A DNA stretch of 64,000 bases. Source: Schizosaccharomyces osmophilus (Eukaryota). The stretch is from assembly GCF_027921745.1 (NCBI RefSeq), contig NC_079239.1, forward strand, positions 3,162,001-3,226,000, in the 5' to 3' direction. Of the stretch, positions 1 to 11,252 are shown piece after piece. The notes under the pieces were generated by a model that worked only from the letters and a program-made list of their open reading frames with translations, was not told where the DNA came from and ran no database searches. Each line of letters starts with the position of its first letter. Position 1 is the first letter of the stretch. Both the position numbers and the translations under genes were made by a program.

Positions 1-1319
1 TCCAAGATTCCGTAATCATCAGTTCATAAAACCGACTTTCTTTTCTCTTTTCCACGCTTTATTACTCGTTCAATTACAGATTTCAAGGGCATCGTTACTT
101 TACAAGTAACGTTGCCTCGAATGGTATTCAAGCAATGTTTGGAAATTTATATTTGAAGAAAACCAAGTCTGATGATTTTATAAGAGGATAATTATAAGAA
201 TGTAAAGAAAAAAGTGTCACTTAACCAATTCAAGCTTCAAAAGAAAAAACATAGAATCCAAACAAGCATTTTTCTATAGGAGTAAGAGAAATATAATGGA
301 ACGAATGGCATTTGTCCTCTTACACCGAACATATTTGGAGCAATTTGGAGAGTAACGCCGCTTTAATGATCGTTGTTACGGATTCTATATCAACCCATTC
401 ACCCAATCAGCCAGACAAACATACAACAAGTAATTAAAAATTCGTTCCATTTTCAGTAACAGGTTTTTCAAAACAAGGATTTCCTATAGAGACTTGGTCT
501 ATTTTGAAGAACAACCAATCTTCGCAAGACAACTATCTCTAAACAAGTCGCATCTTATAAACACTGCCATGCAAAAGAGATATTTAGACTTCAGTCAAGG
601 ATTCAAATTCCCCTCAGAACCAAGTCGTACTGTGCCATTCCATTAAGAAGAACCTTAGCATCTAAGTTTTATGAGAGGAACTCTGCTGCGGATTTCTCAA
701 TATCGATGCCATGGAATGTGCACAAAATTCTTTATAAATCTTTCACGATTAACAATCTTTTATCATCAAGATAATAGCACCTTTTCTATATTCGGGTTTC
801 CTTTCTCTACTCGCTCACAATAGAAAAAGTCAAAAGAAGTTTAGAATTCTATCAGCTTTTGCATTCCATTCCAAAACTAGTTATCCCGTTTAGCAGAGAA
901 ACGTTGTCACCACTTCAATCGTTTCGTCCAAAACCATCAAAACTTACGACTGTCGGATTTCCATCCTATGTCCTTTAATAGTAAAAAGCAAAGAAAGAGA
1001 CTATGCTTCACCATTTCTAGCAAAGATGCAATTCCCAATTTTGGGGTTTCAAAGCCATTTGTACTTACTCATAAAGATGATTGCAAGTGTATAAGCAAAC
1101 TTCTTCATCCTTTAATCTACTTAACCAAAAAATAAAGAAGTAGTTTTTCTGGTTAAGATACCATTAATATCTTCATAGCACTTGGTATGCATATTTCTCT
1201 TACCCATTACAGACCGAAATCAATAAAGAGTACTTTTGACGATTTGAGAATGAGTAGTCCCAACTAACAAGAAAGTTTGATAGATTGAAAAACCAAAAGC
1301 CAAAAAATAACAAAATTTC

Positions 1320-2417
1320 ATGGTCGTACCTACACCGTTTTACGTTTTACGTGGGCACTCATCTAGTGTCACGGCTGTTGCTTTCGACAAGAAAAATCAT
1401 ATTTTTTCAGGCGACGAAAATGGCTTTGTCATTTGTTGGGCCCTTTTAGATATGCGTCCTTTGCAGGCTTGGTATGCTCATTCGAAAAGTATCTTGGGAA
1501 TGGAAGTTATCGATAATGACATTCTATGCACGCAGAGTCGAGATTGTCGCTTAACAGTTTGGAAAATGAACTTTGAAAAGATTAAATCTTCTTTTTCCTT
1601 ATCCGAATTGAGCCGTATGCAATCGCAGAGGAAAGCATTCTCTCAAACGGATTTGGGTATGAGCAATGATTCAATTACTGTTTGCTCGAGCATTTACATC
1701 AATGCTTTAACTTTTTGTTCATTTTCTTATGACAAATTTGCAAAGGTTCTGGCAGTTTCAAATACCATCAATGTTGATGAAATTGATATTTACGAAGCAG
1801 AAAATTTACTATCGAAGAACACGAACCAAGGCGATCATGGAACGAGACTTCAAAATGAAATTAAACCCTTAATGAATAATGAAAAGACAGGTGCTTTAAT
1901 GAACACATCTTTTGCTTCCTCTGAGGAGTATTTATTCTTGGCAGCTGGCTATGAAAGTGGTCATGTAGCACAGTTTCGATGCAGACTTAGCAATGTAAGA
2001 AATGTGTGTATCAATTTTCGAGACGTTTGGGAGATGACTTATTTTGAAAAATCACATTCTCAACCGGTTTTGTCAGTCAACTACAATAGATTAGGGAATG
2101 CATTATACTCATCCGGTGCAGATGATCGGATCATACAGCATCCTTCATCGTTTGACGGCGTTCTGCATAACGAATTAAAAGTGTTTCGGTCCAAAAATTG
2201 TGGTCAACAATGCTTGCAAGTTCGTGAAGATGATCGAATTATAGCTACTGCAGGTTGGGATGGCCGTAGTCGGGTTTACAGCTGTAAGAGCCTTTCTCTA
2301 CTGGCTGTTTTAAAATACCATTCTTCCACCATCAATTCTATATCCTTCTGCTCTGACTCTAATATCATTGCTTTGGCCAGCAAGGACTCTCGGATCTCTC
2401 TTTGGAAAATATACTAA
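1320..2417 (+). CDS. asa1: WD40-repeat ASTRA complex subunit (Asa1/GNB1L-like), 365 aa
   Basis: Single ORF with WD40 motifs (LRGHSSSVTAVAF, TAGWDGR, SKDSRISLWKIY). Position next to red1 matches recalled S. pombe order. Confidence 0.85.
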   Translation: MVVPTPFYVLRGHSSSVTAVAFDKKNHIFSGDENGFVICWALLDMRPLQAWYAHSKSILGMEVIDNDILCTQSRDCRLTVWKMNFEKIKSSFSLSELSRMQSQRKAFSQTDLGMSNDSITVCSSIYINALTFCSFSYDKFAKVLAVSNTINVDEIDIYEAENLLSKNTNQGDHGTRLQNEIKPLMNNEKTGALMNTSFASSEEYLFLAAGYESGHVAQFRCRLSNVRNVCINFRDVWEMTYFEKSHSQPVLSVNYNRLGNALYSSGADDRIIQHPSSFDGVLHNELKVFRSKNCGQQCLQVREDDRIIATAGWDGRSRVYSCKSLSLLAVLKYHSSTINSISFCSDSNIIALASKDSRISLWKIY

Positions 2418-2796
2418 TGATTAAAATATGCTTTTGGACTTTTAACTTACGACGTTATAGAATTGCAAACACCAACTATTATGTCGTTAAATATAGAAAA
2501 GATTATTATGTTCTGTAACTGTGTATATGAGACTTTTTGAAGTCCAAACAAATTGAAAAGAAAAAAAAAATGAGAGTAGTAATTCATCTTCAACTTCATA
2601 TATAGTTCTTTTCAACTAACCAAAAATTACTCTAAAACATTAAACAACATTACACTAAAATAATTATGTATCTTCATAGTATGTGGAAGGTTTTAAGCGT
2701 TCACGTTCAGTAGACTTGTAACAAACACATATCACACAGAACGTGTTCAGTAATCGTGCAATTTGAAATGTTTAATGAAAGACAGACGATAGAAAC

Positions 2797-5233
2797 TCAA
2801 ATCGAAACTTTGGCAATGGGAATCGTTAAACGTTCTGCTTTCCATCTACTATGCGTATCAACGATCGCTTGGCATATTGTGTTAAAATCGGAATCTTTCT
2901 CTTTCTCTTTAGCGATAATTTCCTGAATAGCTTTGCTAAAGGATTCCTTCTCTTCATTGGTTGTTCCCGCGTTATGTTCTGCCAGTTCGTCTATAATCTC
3001 ATTATCTACGTTGAGTTAGTAATTAGTCCAGTATGATAAATACCATAACCCGTCATAATTAAATCCCTAAAATGGAATGCCTCGCACAGCTCGTCGTTGC
3101 AAACTCCTCCTGTAGTTTCGTATTTGCACATTATCCTCGTTGGGTCCGCTTTATTACTATACTTTATAGACCGAAATCCACCGGGTACTTTTTCCAAAAA
3201 TTGACTGTTAAATCGGAAAGCCTTGAATCTATACAAAGGAGATATGTAACTAACTGGTGGTACTGGAGCAGCTTCGATTATGGGGGATTTTTCTTTAAGC
3301 TCTACTCTAGTACCATTTTCGTTCAATTCATTCTCACTAACGTTAGTGTCGTTTTGCAGCTTATCATTGCTCAAAACGCTATCGTCTTTACTAGACTCAG
3401 AACGTAGCAACGTGGAAAGTTCAACTCCAACCTTTGAAAGGAGTTCCTTTTTATTGAAAAATAGCTTCGTTAAAGTTTCTTTTTTAGAATTCACAATTCC
3501 TTGATATGTACTTAGCTCCTTTTCTTCATCATCGATAAGCTTATTGATCTTAGCCAGCTCATCCTTTTGAGTAACTAGCGACTGATTTTCTTCAGATTGT
3601 GACTGTAATTTTGTTGGGAACTCACTATTGTCGACGTTTCTAAGCCAAGGAACATTCTCTGTTGTAGCGTCGTTAGCTGCCGGGACAGCAACATCTTCCA
3701 CGATTTCCTCTGCAAATTTTGACACTGGTTCAGCCGTCACGTGTTTTTTCTGGCTATTTTCCGAAGGATCCACTTTCAATTTGGAAGGCAAACCTTCCTG
3801 ATCAGTTTCTTTTTTAGAAACAGAAGGTGACGATTTCTTAGGATTCGAAGGTTTTGTCGCTTTTTTCGAAGATTCTAATTTCATAATCATCTCTGTCATT
3901 TTTCGAATTTCATTTTCCTTCTTACGCAATAAAGTCAGAGAATCAAGTCGCGAAGTTGTTGTCTGATCTGTCGATATCGATACTTCAGACGTTGAGGAGC
4001 TATCATTTTCATAAGCCATTTCATCTTCAGAATCAAGCTCAATTACAATATACGGACTCGAAATTCCAAACGGTTTCGATGAGTTTAACCAATCGTCTAC
4101 GACAGGACGAGGTAATGATTTTAAACGCTTTCTTTGAGGAAGAATCGTCGGAGTCCCGCTATCACCAGGAAGAATCGCCGAATCATCTGAAGACAAGTCT
4201 AATTTTCGAGGTTGTCTGGTACTGGAAACCCTACTCGCTTTTTCAGAAGGAGCTGCAGAGGAAGGCACGGTGATAGAGGGAAGCTCAATGCCTAGCTTTG
4301 AAAAAAGACTTCGCACGACAGAAGGATGAATACCTTCAGCAATAAAATCATTATACTTAACGCCAAAACCAACCAATTGATTAATAGCGTTTTCCGCCTC
4401 ACTTTGTTTTGAAGTTGGTGGTGAAACTTCGGACATACCCCTTTCAACTTCAATACTCGTCACTTTATTTTCATCATCTCTTTCAGACAATACATTGCTC
4501 AAATCTTTTCGACTTGCATTTGAACGAGGCTCTAATGACTTTTCTGTGCTAGGAGTCTTGTTTCTAACAAGACTAGATTTGCGACCACCCGTAATGGATG
4601 TCTCATTGTTTGGCTTGGATGACCAGCGAGGATTGCCTTTTTCTTGGACTTCATTCGAGGGTGCGAGCGGAGCAGGTTGGGACCCAAGGAAAAATGCCGG
4701 AGGAAGCATAAAAGGAGGTGCAAATGGAAATGGAAACGTATTTGCAGGTGTAAACCTAAGACCGTCAGTACATTGGACTCGGACCAACTCAAACCAAAAC
4801 AAAAGCAAACAAACGAGTCACTTAAGATATTGAATGCTTTTTTTTTCATCTTATTATCAGTATACAAACATACCCGTCTACAGGAGGCTGTGATGGGAAA
4901 GGATTTGGATAAGTTACAGGAGGAATTGGAGCTATATGGGTTAAACAACTGAATGTCTCTTAGGACTTTTAATAAAGACTACGGCGAACGCAGATACCTA
5001 GCGATACTTTTTTTACCGCGATAAACAGCGTTGAAGGAGAGCATATAGATAATTGTAGCTTGATTCCTTCTACATAGCGTCCCACCTTAAACTTGGCACA
5101 TACCATCGTTGTGAGACTCGGTTGTGTCTTCACTTATTTCTCCATCTTCTTTATCTGACTCCTCTTCGGAATGTTTTCTTGCAGATTCTAAAGCTCTTTG
5201 ACGCAAAACATTAAGATCTATGGCTTTACTCAT
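2797..5233 (-). CDS. red1: MTREC/NURS scaffold Red1 (CCCH zinc finger), about 700 aa, 4 exons
   Basis: Exons 5233-5104, 4931-4874, 4755-3050 and 3005-2797 join in frame. N-terminus MSKAIDLNVLRQRALES..DKEDGEISED. Zinc finger CKYETTGGVCNDELCEAFHF. The last donor site is ambiguous (3049 or 3043). Confidence 0.88.
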
Positions 5234-5511
5234 CTATATTAATCTACCTGGAGATGTGTAAATGTCAAAAGTAGTTGTTTTGTTTGGGTTTTTACTTATA
5301 CAATAGCGATGAAAGTTTTGATTTATAAAGGTGTTTAGTGATGTATAAGGAATTACAGTGGTAAACAAAGGATTTTGTAATGAATATCTTCTGGTACGAA
5401 TAAATGATTCTAACTAAACACACATTATGATCGTTTGCGATGAATAATTTAATACATTTTAAGGAGAAATAATTATAAACTTGTTCAGAAAGTAGAGGTT
5501 CTTTTTCAATT

Positions 5512-8500
5512 TTACTCCACTTTCCCTTTGCACTTGTAAACTTGCAGCTCTTCATGCTGCCTCTGTAACTGAATACAAAGTTCATTGGAATTGAATCTTT
5601 CTTCCGCCAATAACGTCTCCAAGTTACGAACGTTGCGTAGCTCTTCTAGTAGCTGTTCTTGGCACTTTCGAATTAGAACTTCGCTGTCAACATGCTCACT
5701 ATGCGGTGAAGTATTATCTATGATGTGGTCCACATTGGAAGGGGATTCTTCATTTAAAACCAGTCGTAAATTACGATACTTGCTGTCTACTTCTTCCAAC
5801 TGGTTTTTCGTTTCCGCAAGATCGACTAGAAGAGTACGCTTGCTATCGGAAAGGGTTTCAAAGGCTGCTTCTAGAGATTTGTATGTCAGACATTCCACTC
5901 CCATATGCATGTCCATATCAACATATGAAGCGTTTCCAGTAACTTTATTGAGGCGATCCACTAAGTCTCTCAAAAGTCTGTTTTCCCTTAATATTGTTTG
6001 ATTAATTGCGATGGCTCCTGGCCTATGATCATTCGATAGCTGCTCGGCTTGAACTTTTGTCGACTCTTCGTACGAGGGAGGGGATTTCAGCATCGATTCT
6101 AACGAGGATTGCTTAGTCGGGGAGGCTCGGGGTGTATCAAAGCTTTTAATCAATTGACTAACTCGGCTTTCATGATTTGTCATTTTGTTTTCCATTCCTT
6201 GCAATGGAGACTCAAGGCTTGTTGCAACTGTGTTAGCCAGCAAGGCTTTTTCATCAATAAAAGCTTTTAATGCTAAGTCGTACTTCTTTACTTCCTTGGA
6301 TTTCTGAACATACAACTCCCGTAAAGTGCTAACCTTTGCTGACAGCATCCGAATGTCTCTGGTCAATTCTTTTTCGTTCAGTTGCTTGCTATTCATTATA
6401 AAAGGAAGATCGCACTGTTTACATAACCTTTTATACATATTATATAGTAACTGGAAACATTTCATGCCAGATTTGAGATCCCTGAAAAACTCATTCACAT
6501 CTACAGTAATGTCCAACTCAAAACATTGGGCTGAAAAAAGTAAAAATCGTTGTAGGGTATCCTTTTGCTGATTGAGGTTCTCAATTTCTCTTTGAAACAC
6601 GGATTGGTCCTTCATTTGTTTTTGCAATGCCTCTGATGAATTCATTAGTGTATTGTAATTAATAAGCACTTCTTGATGCTTAGACTGCAGGTTTGAAAGC
6701 TCATTTTTTAGTTCCTCAACTTGCTCCTCGAACACTGTTTGCTTCTTTGCACTGTCGGCAATTTCGCAAGTCATTGTTTCCTTTTCTGATTTAATCCAGG
6801 CCAATTCGGAGACTAACCGGCTCTTTTCTCTTTTAAATTCAGTTTCACCCTGAGTTTTAAGGTTAAGTTCTTTTAACACTTTTTCATACTTCTCCTTTTG
6901 AAGTTCGTAGGCATGTTTCTGAACCTGCAGTTTGGACATTAAATCAGTTTTCTCTCGACATAAGCGGTTTAATTTCTCAGTGGTTTCATCTCTTCGTGTT
7001 TCATCCTTATTTAATAGGTCATTGAGTTTTGATATTTCAAAGTCGCGCTGTTCAATTTCATTTTGAAGAAGATTAAATTCATTATGCAAAGATTGGTTCT
7101 GAAAATGCAGGTCGGACTTCTCTTGACTTTCCTTTTGGAAACTCTCATGTAACAGATCATATCTCTGTTTATTTGCATTTACTTGAAAAATATAATCAGC
7201 TTTTTGCTTGCTCAATTCTTCCTTAATATCATCAATATAACGAGTTTTTGAGCTCAAAGACGTTTTTGCTTCTGAAAGTTCGCCGTCCTTTAGACGAATA
7301 TCCTTGTTTAATTGCGAAATTTGTAAATGAAGTTGTTCTAACTGCATAGCTAAACAAGCTTTCGAATCCTTTTCATAATTAAGTGAGGTCTTCAGCTGTT
7401 CCACATCCTTCTCACGTTCAATGAGTGTTTCTCGAAGCTCATCCTCTTTTTTCAAATTACTTGTTTTCTCGTCTTCTAAAATCCTCACTAGGGTTGTCAA
7501 CTCTGTCAATTTCGTGCTTTCATTTTCCTTATTCCTTAACCACTGTTCTGATTCTTGCTTCAAACTACCATAGTTTTTCAGGACAGCTTCGGATGATTGT
7601 TGATGTTCTTCACTTTCCTTTATGAGCTGATTTACCCTGGAGGTAAGGCCCCAGTTTAGGTTTCTTAAACTTTCAATTTTTCGTTGAAGAGCCCGCATCT
7701 CAATTTGACGATCCTTTAATCTCTTTTCTTTAGAAGCAAGTGTCTTTTCCGTCTGAAACAGAGATTCTTTTGTAACAATCATGTCTTTGTTCCTTTGAGA
7801 AATTTCGACTTCCAGACTTAGATATCTTTCCTTCGTGTGAATGATACTATAATTTATAGATTTACGGAATTTATCAATTTCTCTGGCAAAACATGACACA
7901 AACTCAAATACTGTTGCGTCTCTCGAGTGGTTCCAGTTACTTAAACGACCGTACTCCAATATGAGCTGGCTAAGCATGTAAGTTACAGTAGCCAAGTCAT
8001 CAACTTTTAGATTGGCAGACTGCCGGCGTTGTGAAGACTCTGAAGGAAAATGATTTGTTTCGGGATTTTTTTCCCTGCACGCATTAGAGGCGGCGGTCAT
8101 TGATGGGTCGTTCTCAAGCGATTGACTGAACGTATCCTGCTTGCCATTCTGAAGATCCAAAAGACTATGTTTCAAATGATCAACGAAGGCTTCGAATTTT
8201 ATATATTTGGGATCATTTAACACCCAATTATTTTTAAAAAGCGTCTGAATTTGCTCCAAATCAATTGCACTTCCTGTCTGAAGCGCAATTGGTAATACCA
8301 ATTTTGAAAGCTCGGTAAGTTTCGCGTCTATATTAGAAAAAGATTGAATTATATCATCCATTTTCTTAGGAACATTGGGGCTAGTGTGAAACTTTTGAAA
8401 GAGAATGTCCGATGGCGTTGACCATCTACTGTTATAGGAAGGACTCAAGCTCACTCCATATCGCGTTTGTTCGAGAAGAGCTTGCCCCGCAGAAGAGCAA

Positions 8501-8529
8501 TTCATTGTTTGATTTTTCTTGTTTTCCAT
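5512..8529 (-). CDS. mcp3: Meiotic coiled-coil protein, about 1005 aa
   Basis: Long E/K/L/Q-rich heptad ORF. First ATG is at 8529; the ORF track starts at an upstream TTG. The name comes from synteny between red1 and och1. Confidence 0.75.
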   Translation of the reverse strand: MENKKNQTMNCSSAGQALLEQTRYGVSLSPSYNSRWSTPSDILFQKFHTSPNVPKKMDDIIQSFSNIDAKLTELSKLVLPIALQTGSAIDLEQIQTLFKNNWVLNDPKYIKFEAFVDHLKHSLLDLQNGKQDTFSQSLENDPSMTAASNACREKNPETNHFPSESSQRRQSANLKVDDLATVTYMLSQLILEYGRLSNWNHSRDATVFEFVSCFAREIDKFRKSINYSIIHTKERYLSLEVEISQRNKDMIVTKESLFQTEKTLASKEKRLKDRQIEMRALQRKIESLRNLNWGLTSRVNQLIKESEEHQQSSEAVLKNYGSLKQESEQWLRNKENESTKLTELTTLVRILEDEKTSNLKKEDELRETLIEREKDVEQLKTSLNYEKDSKACLAMQLEQLHLQISQLNKDIRLKDGELSEAKTSLSSKTRYIDDIKEELSKQKADYIFQVNANKQRYDLLHESFQKESQEKSDLHFQNQSLHNEFNLLQNEIEQRDFEISKLNDLLNKDETRRDETTEKLNRLCREKTDLMSKLQVQKHAYELQKEKYEKVLKELNLKTQGETEFKREKSRLVSELAWIKSEKETMTCEIADSAKKQTVFEEQVEELKNELSNLQSKHQEVLINYNTLMNSSEALQKQMKDQSVFQREIENLNQQKDTLQRFLLFSAQCFELDITVDVNEFFRDLKSGMKCFQLLYNMYKRLCKQCDLPFIMNSKQLNEKELTRDIRMLSAKVSTLRELYVQKSKEVKKYDLALKAFIDEKALLANTVATSLESPLQGMENKMTNHESRVSQLIKSFDTPRASPTKQSSLESMLKSPPSYEESTKVQAEQLSNDHRPGAIAINQTILRENRLLRDLVDRLNKVTGNASYVDMDMHMGVECLTYKSLEAAFETLSDSKRTLLVDLAETKNQLEEVDSKYRNLRLVLNEESPSNVDHIIDNTSPHSEHVDSEVLIRKCQEQLLEELRNVRNLETLLAEERFNSNELCIQLQRQHEELQVYKCKGKVE

Positions 8530-8729
8530 TGTCGTTAGGGTTTGGATTGGTTTGGAAAATTGAAAACTTGGCTCAGCATAGGAAATGACCTTCAATAGCC
8601 AAGTTACGAATCTCGGAAAAAGATCAATTACTTATTATAAAATTTCTTTCTTCTTCAAATATCCTGACTGCAGTATTCTCAAAGAACCGACACTTTTACC
8701 TCTTTTTAAGGTGTTTGCTTTAGATAGGA

Positions 8730-9097
8730 ACGCGTGTGTAAACAAAGCCATTTATAAGAAAACAATTCACGGGGTAACAAATTTTAAATTGCTTTCTATA
8801 GCATCTACAAATGCGCGACAATTACAAAAGATTTAGTTTTCTTTTTTTCTTTTTATAATGAAGAAACGAACAGGATTCTTCTGAAAGCACTAAGGAACTA
8901 TTTCACTTGTCAAAAAACAACTTTGACGACATTTGCGTATATATACTGAGGTAAACGACTACCAAAAGAGATCTTCTGAATAAACATGTTTATAATGAAT
9001 TCATTTAGACATGATCCTCACATATCTATGTCCTAACACACATGCTTAATTGTTTACTTGTTACCTAGGGTCAACTAGCTGTAGCTAATTTGTTTAC
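8730..9097. promoter_or_regulatory. Forkhead/FLEX motif cluster plus MCB box upstream of mcp3
   Basis: GTAAACAAA 8738-8746, TGTTTAC 9051-9057, TTTGTTTAC 9089-9097, ACGCGT 8730-8735. Confidence 0.6.
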
Positions 9098-9432
9098 AAA
9101 CAAATCGAGAATAAATAAACAAAAAACTCCAAGTTTCATCGAGGAGGAATAGAAACGGAAAGAATCAGCAAGCTGTTAACGCTAAAAAGTTCTGACTGAA
9201 AAAGAGAAGAAATCATGAATCAGCTACCAATTTTCATCCAACGAAATCAGACGTTCATTTAGTTTTCAAACATAGTAACCAAGGTAAAGGAAGGTTTTTT
9301 TTTGAGAAATCTTAATTAATCGAACGAAAAAAAGAGACAATTAAAGGTTAAAAAAAATAATTCCCATCTCATGAACAGTACAAGTAAAAACTGCCATCTA
9401 GAAGGCAAACATAAGAAATCATCGTACATAGT

Positions 9433-10548
9433 TTAATTATCTTTCCAAGAACCACTAAAATAGTGCTTTACATAGGCTGTAGGATCACTGGCTGACTTAG
9501 AACCCATATGCCAAACACCAGGGCTAAAAGAAGTAATAGGGAGAATAAGAACATCGCCAACAAGCATTGGAGTTTGAATGCCCGTTACATTTTCCCAAGT
9601 AAAAGGTCCATACCTCCAATTCAAATAGTCAAACACGGAATCTGTCCAGATTCCAGGCCCTGTCCATTCCATCACAGAATCAGTACCTTTCAGCAGTTCG
9701 CCCTTCTCATGAAGTGACCATGTGCCATGCGTAATTTTATGAACCAATTCCCATAGCACAGGATGCCCCGGAACTGCTGCAATGGTCCACTGGCAGAATT
9801 GCACTCGCCGTGCGTAGTAATCATGCCAGTCTGGGCGATCAGGGTCTGCTTCAATTCCAACAACCAGACGTACACCTTCATTACGATACTCTTCTGGAAT
9901 CCAATTATTGATATGTTTGATGGGAGTTGTATCAATGTCTGTGTAAACGCCTCCGCGGGATAATAAAACCAAATAGCGAAAAAAATCAGCTTTCAAAACA
10001 GGAAAAGGCATCATTTCATAAGCAGAAGAAATTTTCGAAAACGATGGATCTCCGAAATTTTTGATTACAAGGCGTTCACTCTGTGAATCATCTAAGACAT
10101 TATGAATGTAGCTGGGGTGATTATTGCCCCAAAAACGGGTATATTGAAGAACTTCTCGTTCAAATGGATTCTTTGCAGTTTGCCAAATGAGTTTTGGAAT
10201 TTCCTTGCCTTTGTCGCCTGGCTCTTCATAAGCCGCCGAAGATAGTTTCATCTTCTTCGCTTCTTGACCTTCGTCAAATTCATCCAAACTTCCTACCGCT
10301 GCAAGGTTTCGTATCTCATATTGTCCATGTTTATTGACAATTTCCCCGGTTTCATCTATATCTTCTGTATCGCTCCGAAGCTTTTCGTCTGATGTTCCAT
10401 GGTCGAAAGCATATTGCTGATCTTCAGGCATCGAAAGCTCGCTCAAATCCTTCATACCATCCATACCACCTCCATACTGAAACAGAAGAAAAATGCCGGA
10501 AATAACTGCACCCGCAATTAGTATATTTTTGATTCGGACCTTTGGCAT
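9433..10548 (-). CDS. och1: Alpha-1,6-mannosyltransferase Och1 (GT32), 371 aa
   Basis: Type II anchor after MPKVRIKNIL. Motifs IPKLIWQT, KADFFRYLVL, GGVYTDID (DxD), WTGPGIWTD, HYFSGSWK. Confidence 0.93.
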   Translation of the reverse strand: MPKVRIKNILIAGAVISGIFLLFQYGGGMDGMKDLSELSMPEDQQYAFDHGTSDEKLRSDTEDIDETGEIVNKHGQYEIRNLAAVGSLDEFDEGQEAKKMKLSSAAYEEPGDKGKEIPKLIWQTAKNPFEREVLQYTRFWGNNHPSYIHNVLDDSQSERLVIKNFGDPSFSKISSAYEMMPFPVLKADFFRYLVLLSRGGVYTDIDTTPIKHINNWIPEEYRNEGVRLVVGIEADPDRPDWHDYYARRVQFCQWTIAAVPGHPVLWELVHKITHGTWSLHEKGELLKGTDSVMEWTGPGIWTDSVFDYLNWRYGPFTWENVTGIQTPMLVGDVLILPITSFSPGVWHMGSKSASDPTAYVKHYFSGSWKDN

Positions 10549-11252
10549 GTTTGCATATTTTTGGGGTCCTTCTCCTTGAAATATATACAAAATATCACAA
10601 TGCAAATACACAAGAAGAAATCAAATCTTGTACAAACTCTAGAGTTCTCTTCAATCTTAGTAACTTGATTCAACCTACAATACCCAAAGGACAAATAATA
10701 CAATCGATTCCAGCGGTATTAGCTGGTATTAACAACAGAAAATAACAAATACTTTAAAGCAAATCTAAACTTTTTTAGCTTTCTTTTTGAGTTTTTCCTC
10801 TTTAGGTTGAAATTCAGATTTGCATGTTATCAGTCAACGAGGAACTATTCCACTAGCGTAAAACATACGTGTTTACAAAGTGGGTCCTATCGAAAACACA
10901 ACACACACGAAAACAGTTGTGGTTGAAAAACCTGCAAATTTATAACCATTTTTTAACTTTATAAAGGAGTAAATGGTAAAAAAGGAGGTAAGTTCGTTTT
11001 GAAGGTCGCTTTGGAAATCAGTGTTATTAATAGGTTTAGAAACTTGTTTGGTCTTATATGCTTTGAATCCATTATTGTTGCATGATTTATAAATCATAAT
11101 TGGTCTTAATTTACTCTCTTTTGAATTTTTTGATCCTTCCTTTTCTAGAGAAATTCTTGAGCTCTTTCAGAATTTGATTTGTTCTCATACTCCTTCGTTT
11201 TTGCTTTGCTTCTCCGTGTCATCTGTAGTATTTCTTGTGATATAACCAAAAA

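Noticed and set aside
1..1319. 1.3-kb region before asa1
   Set aside because: No ORF of 60 aa or more, no convincing exon chain, RNA gene or repeat. Probably UTR or promoter of a gene outside the window.
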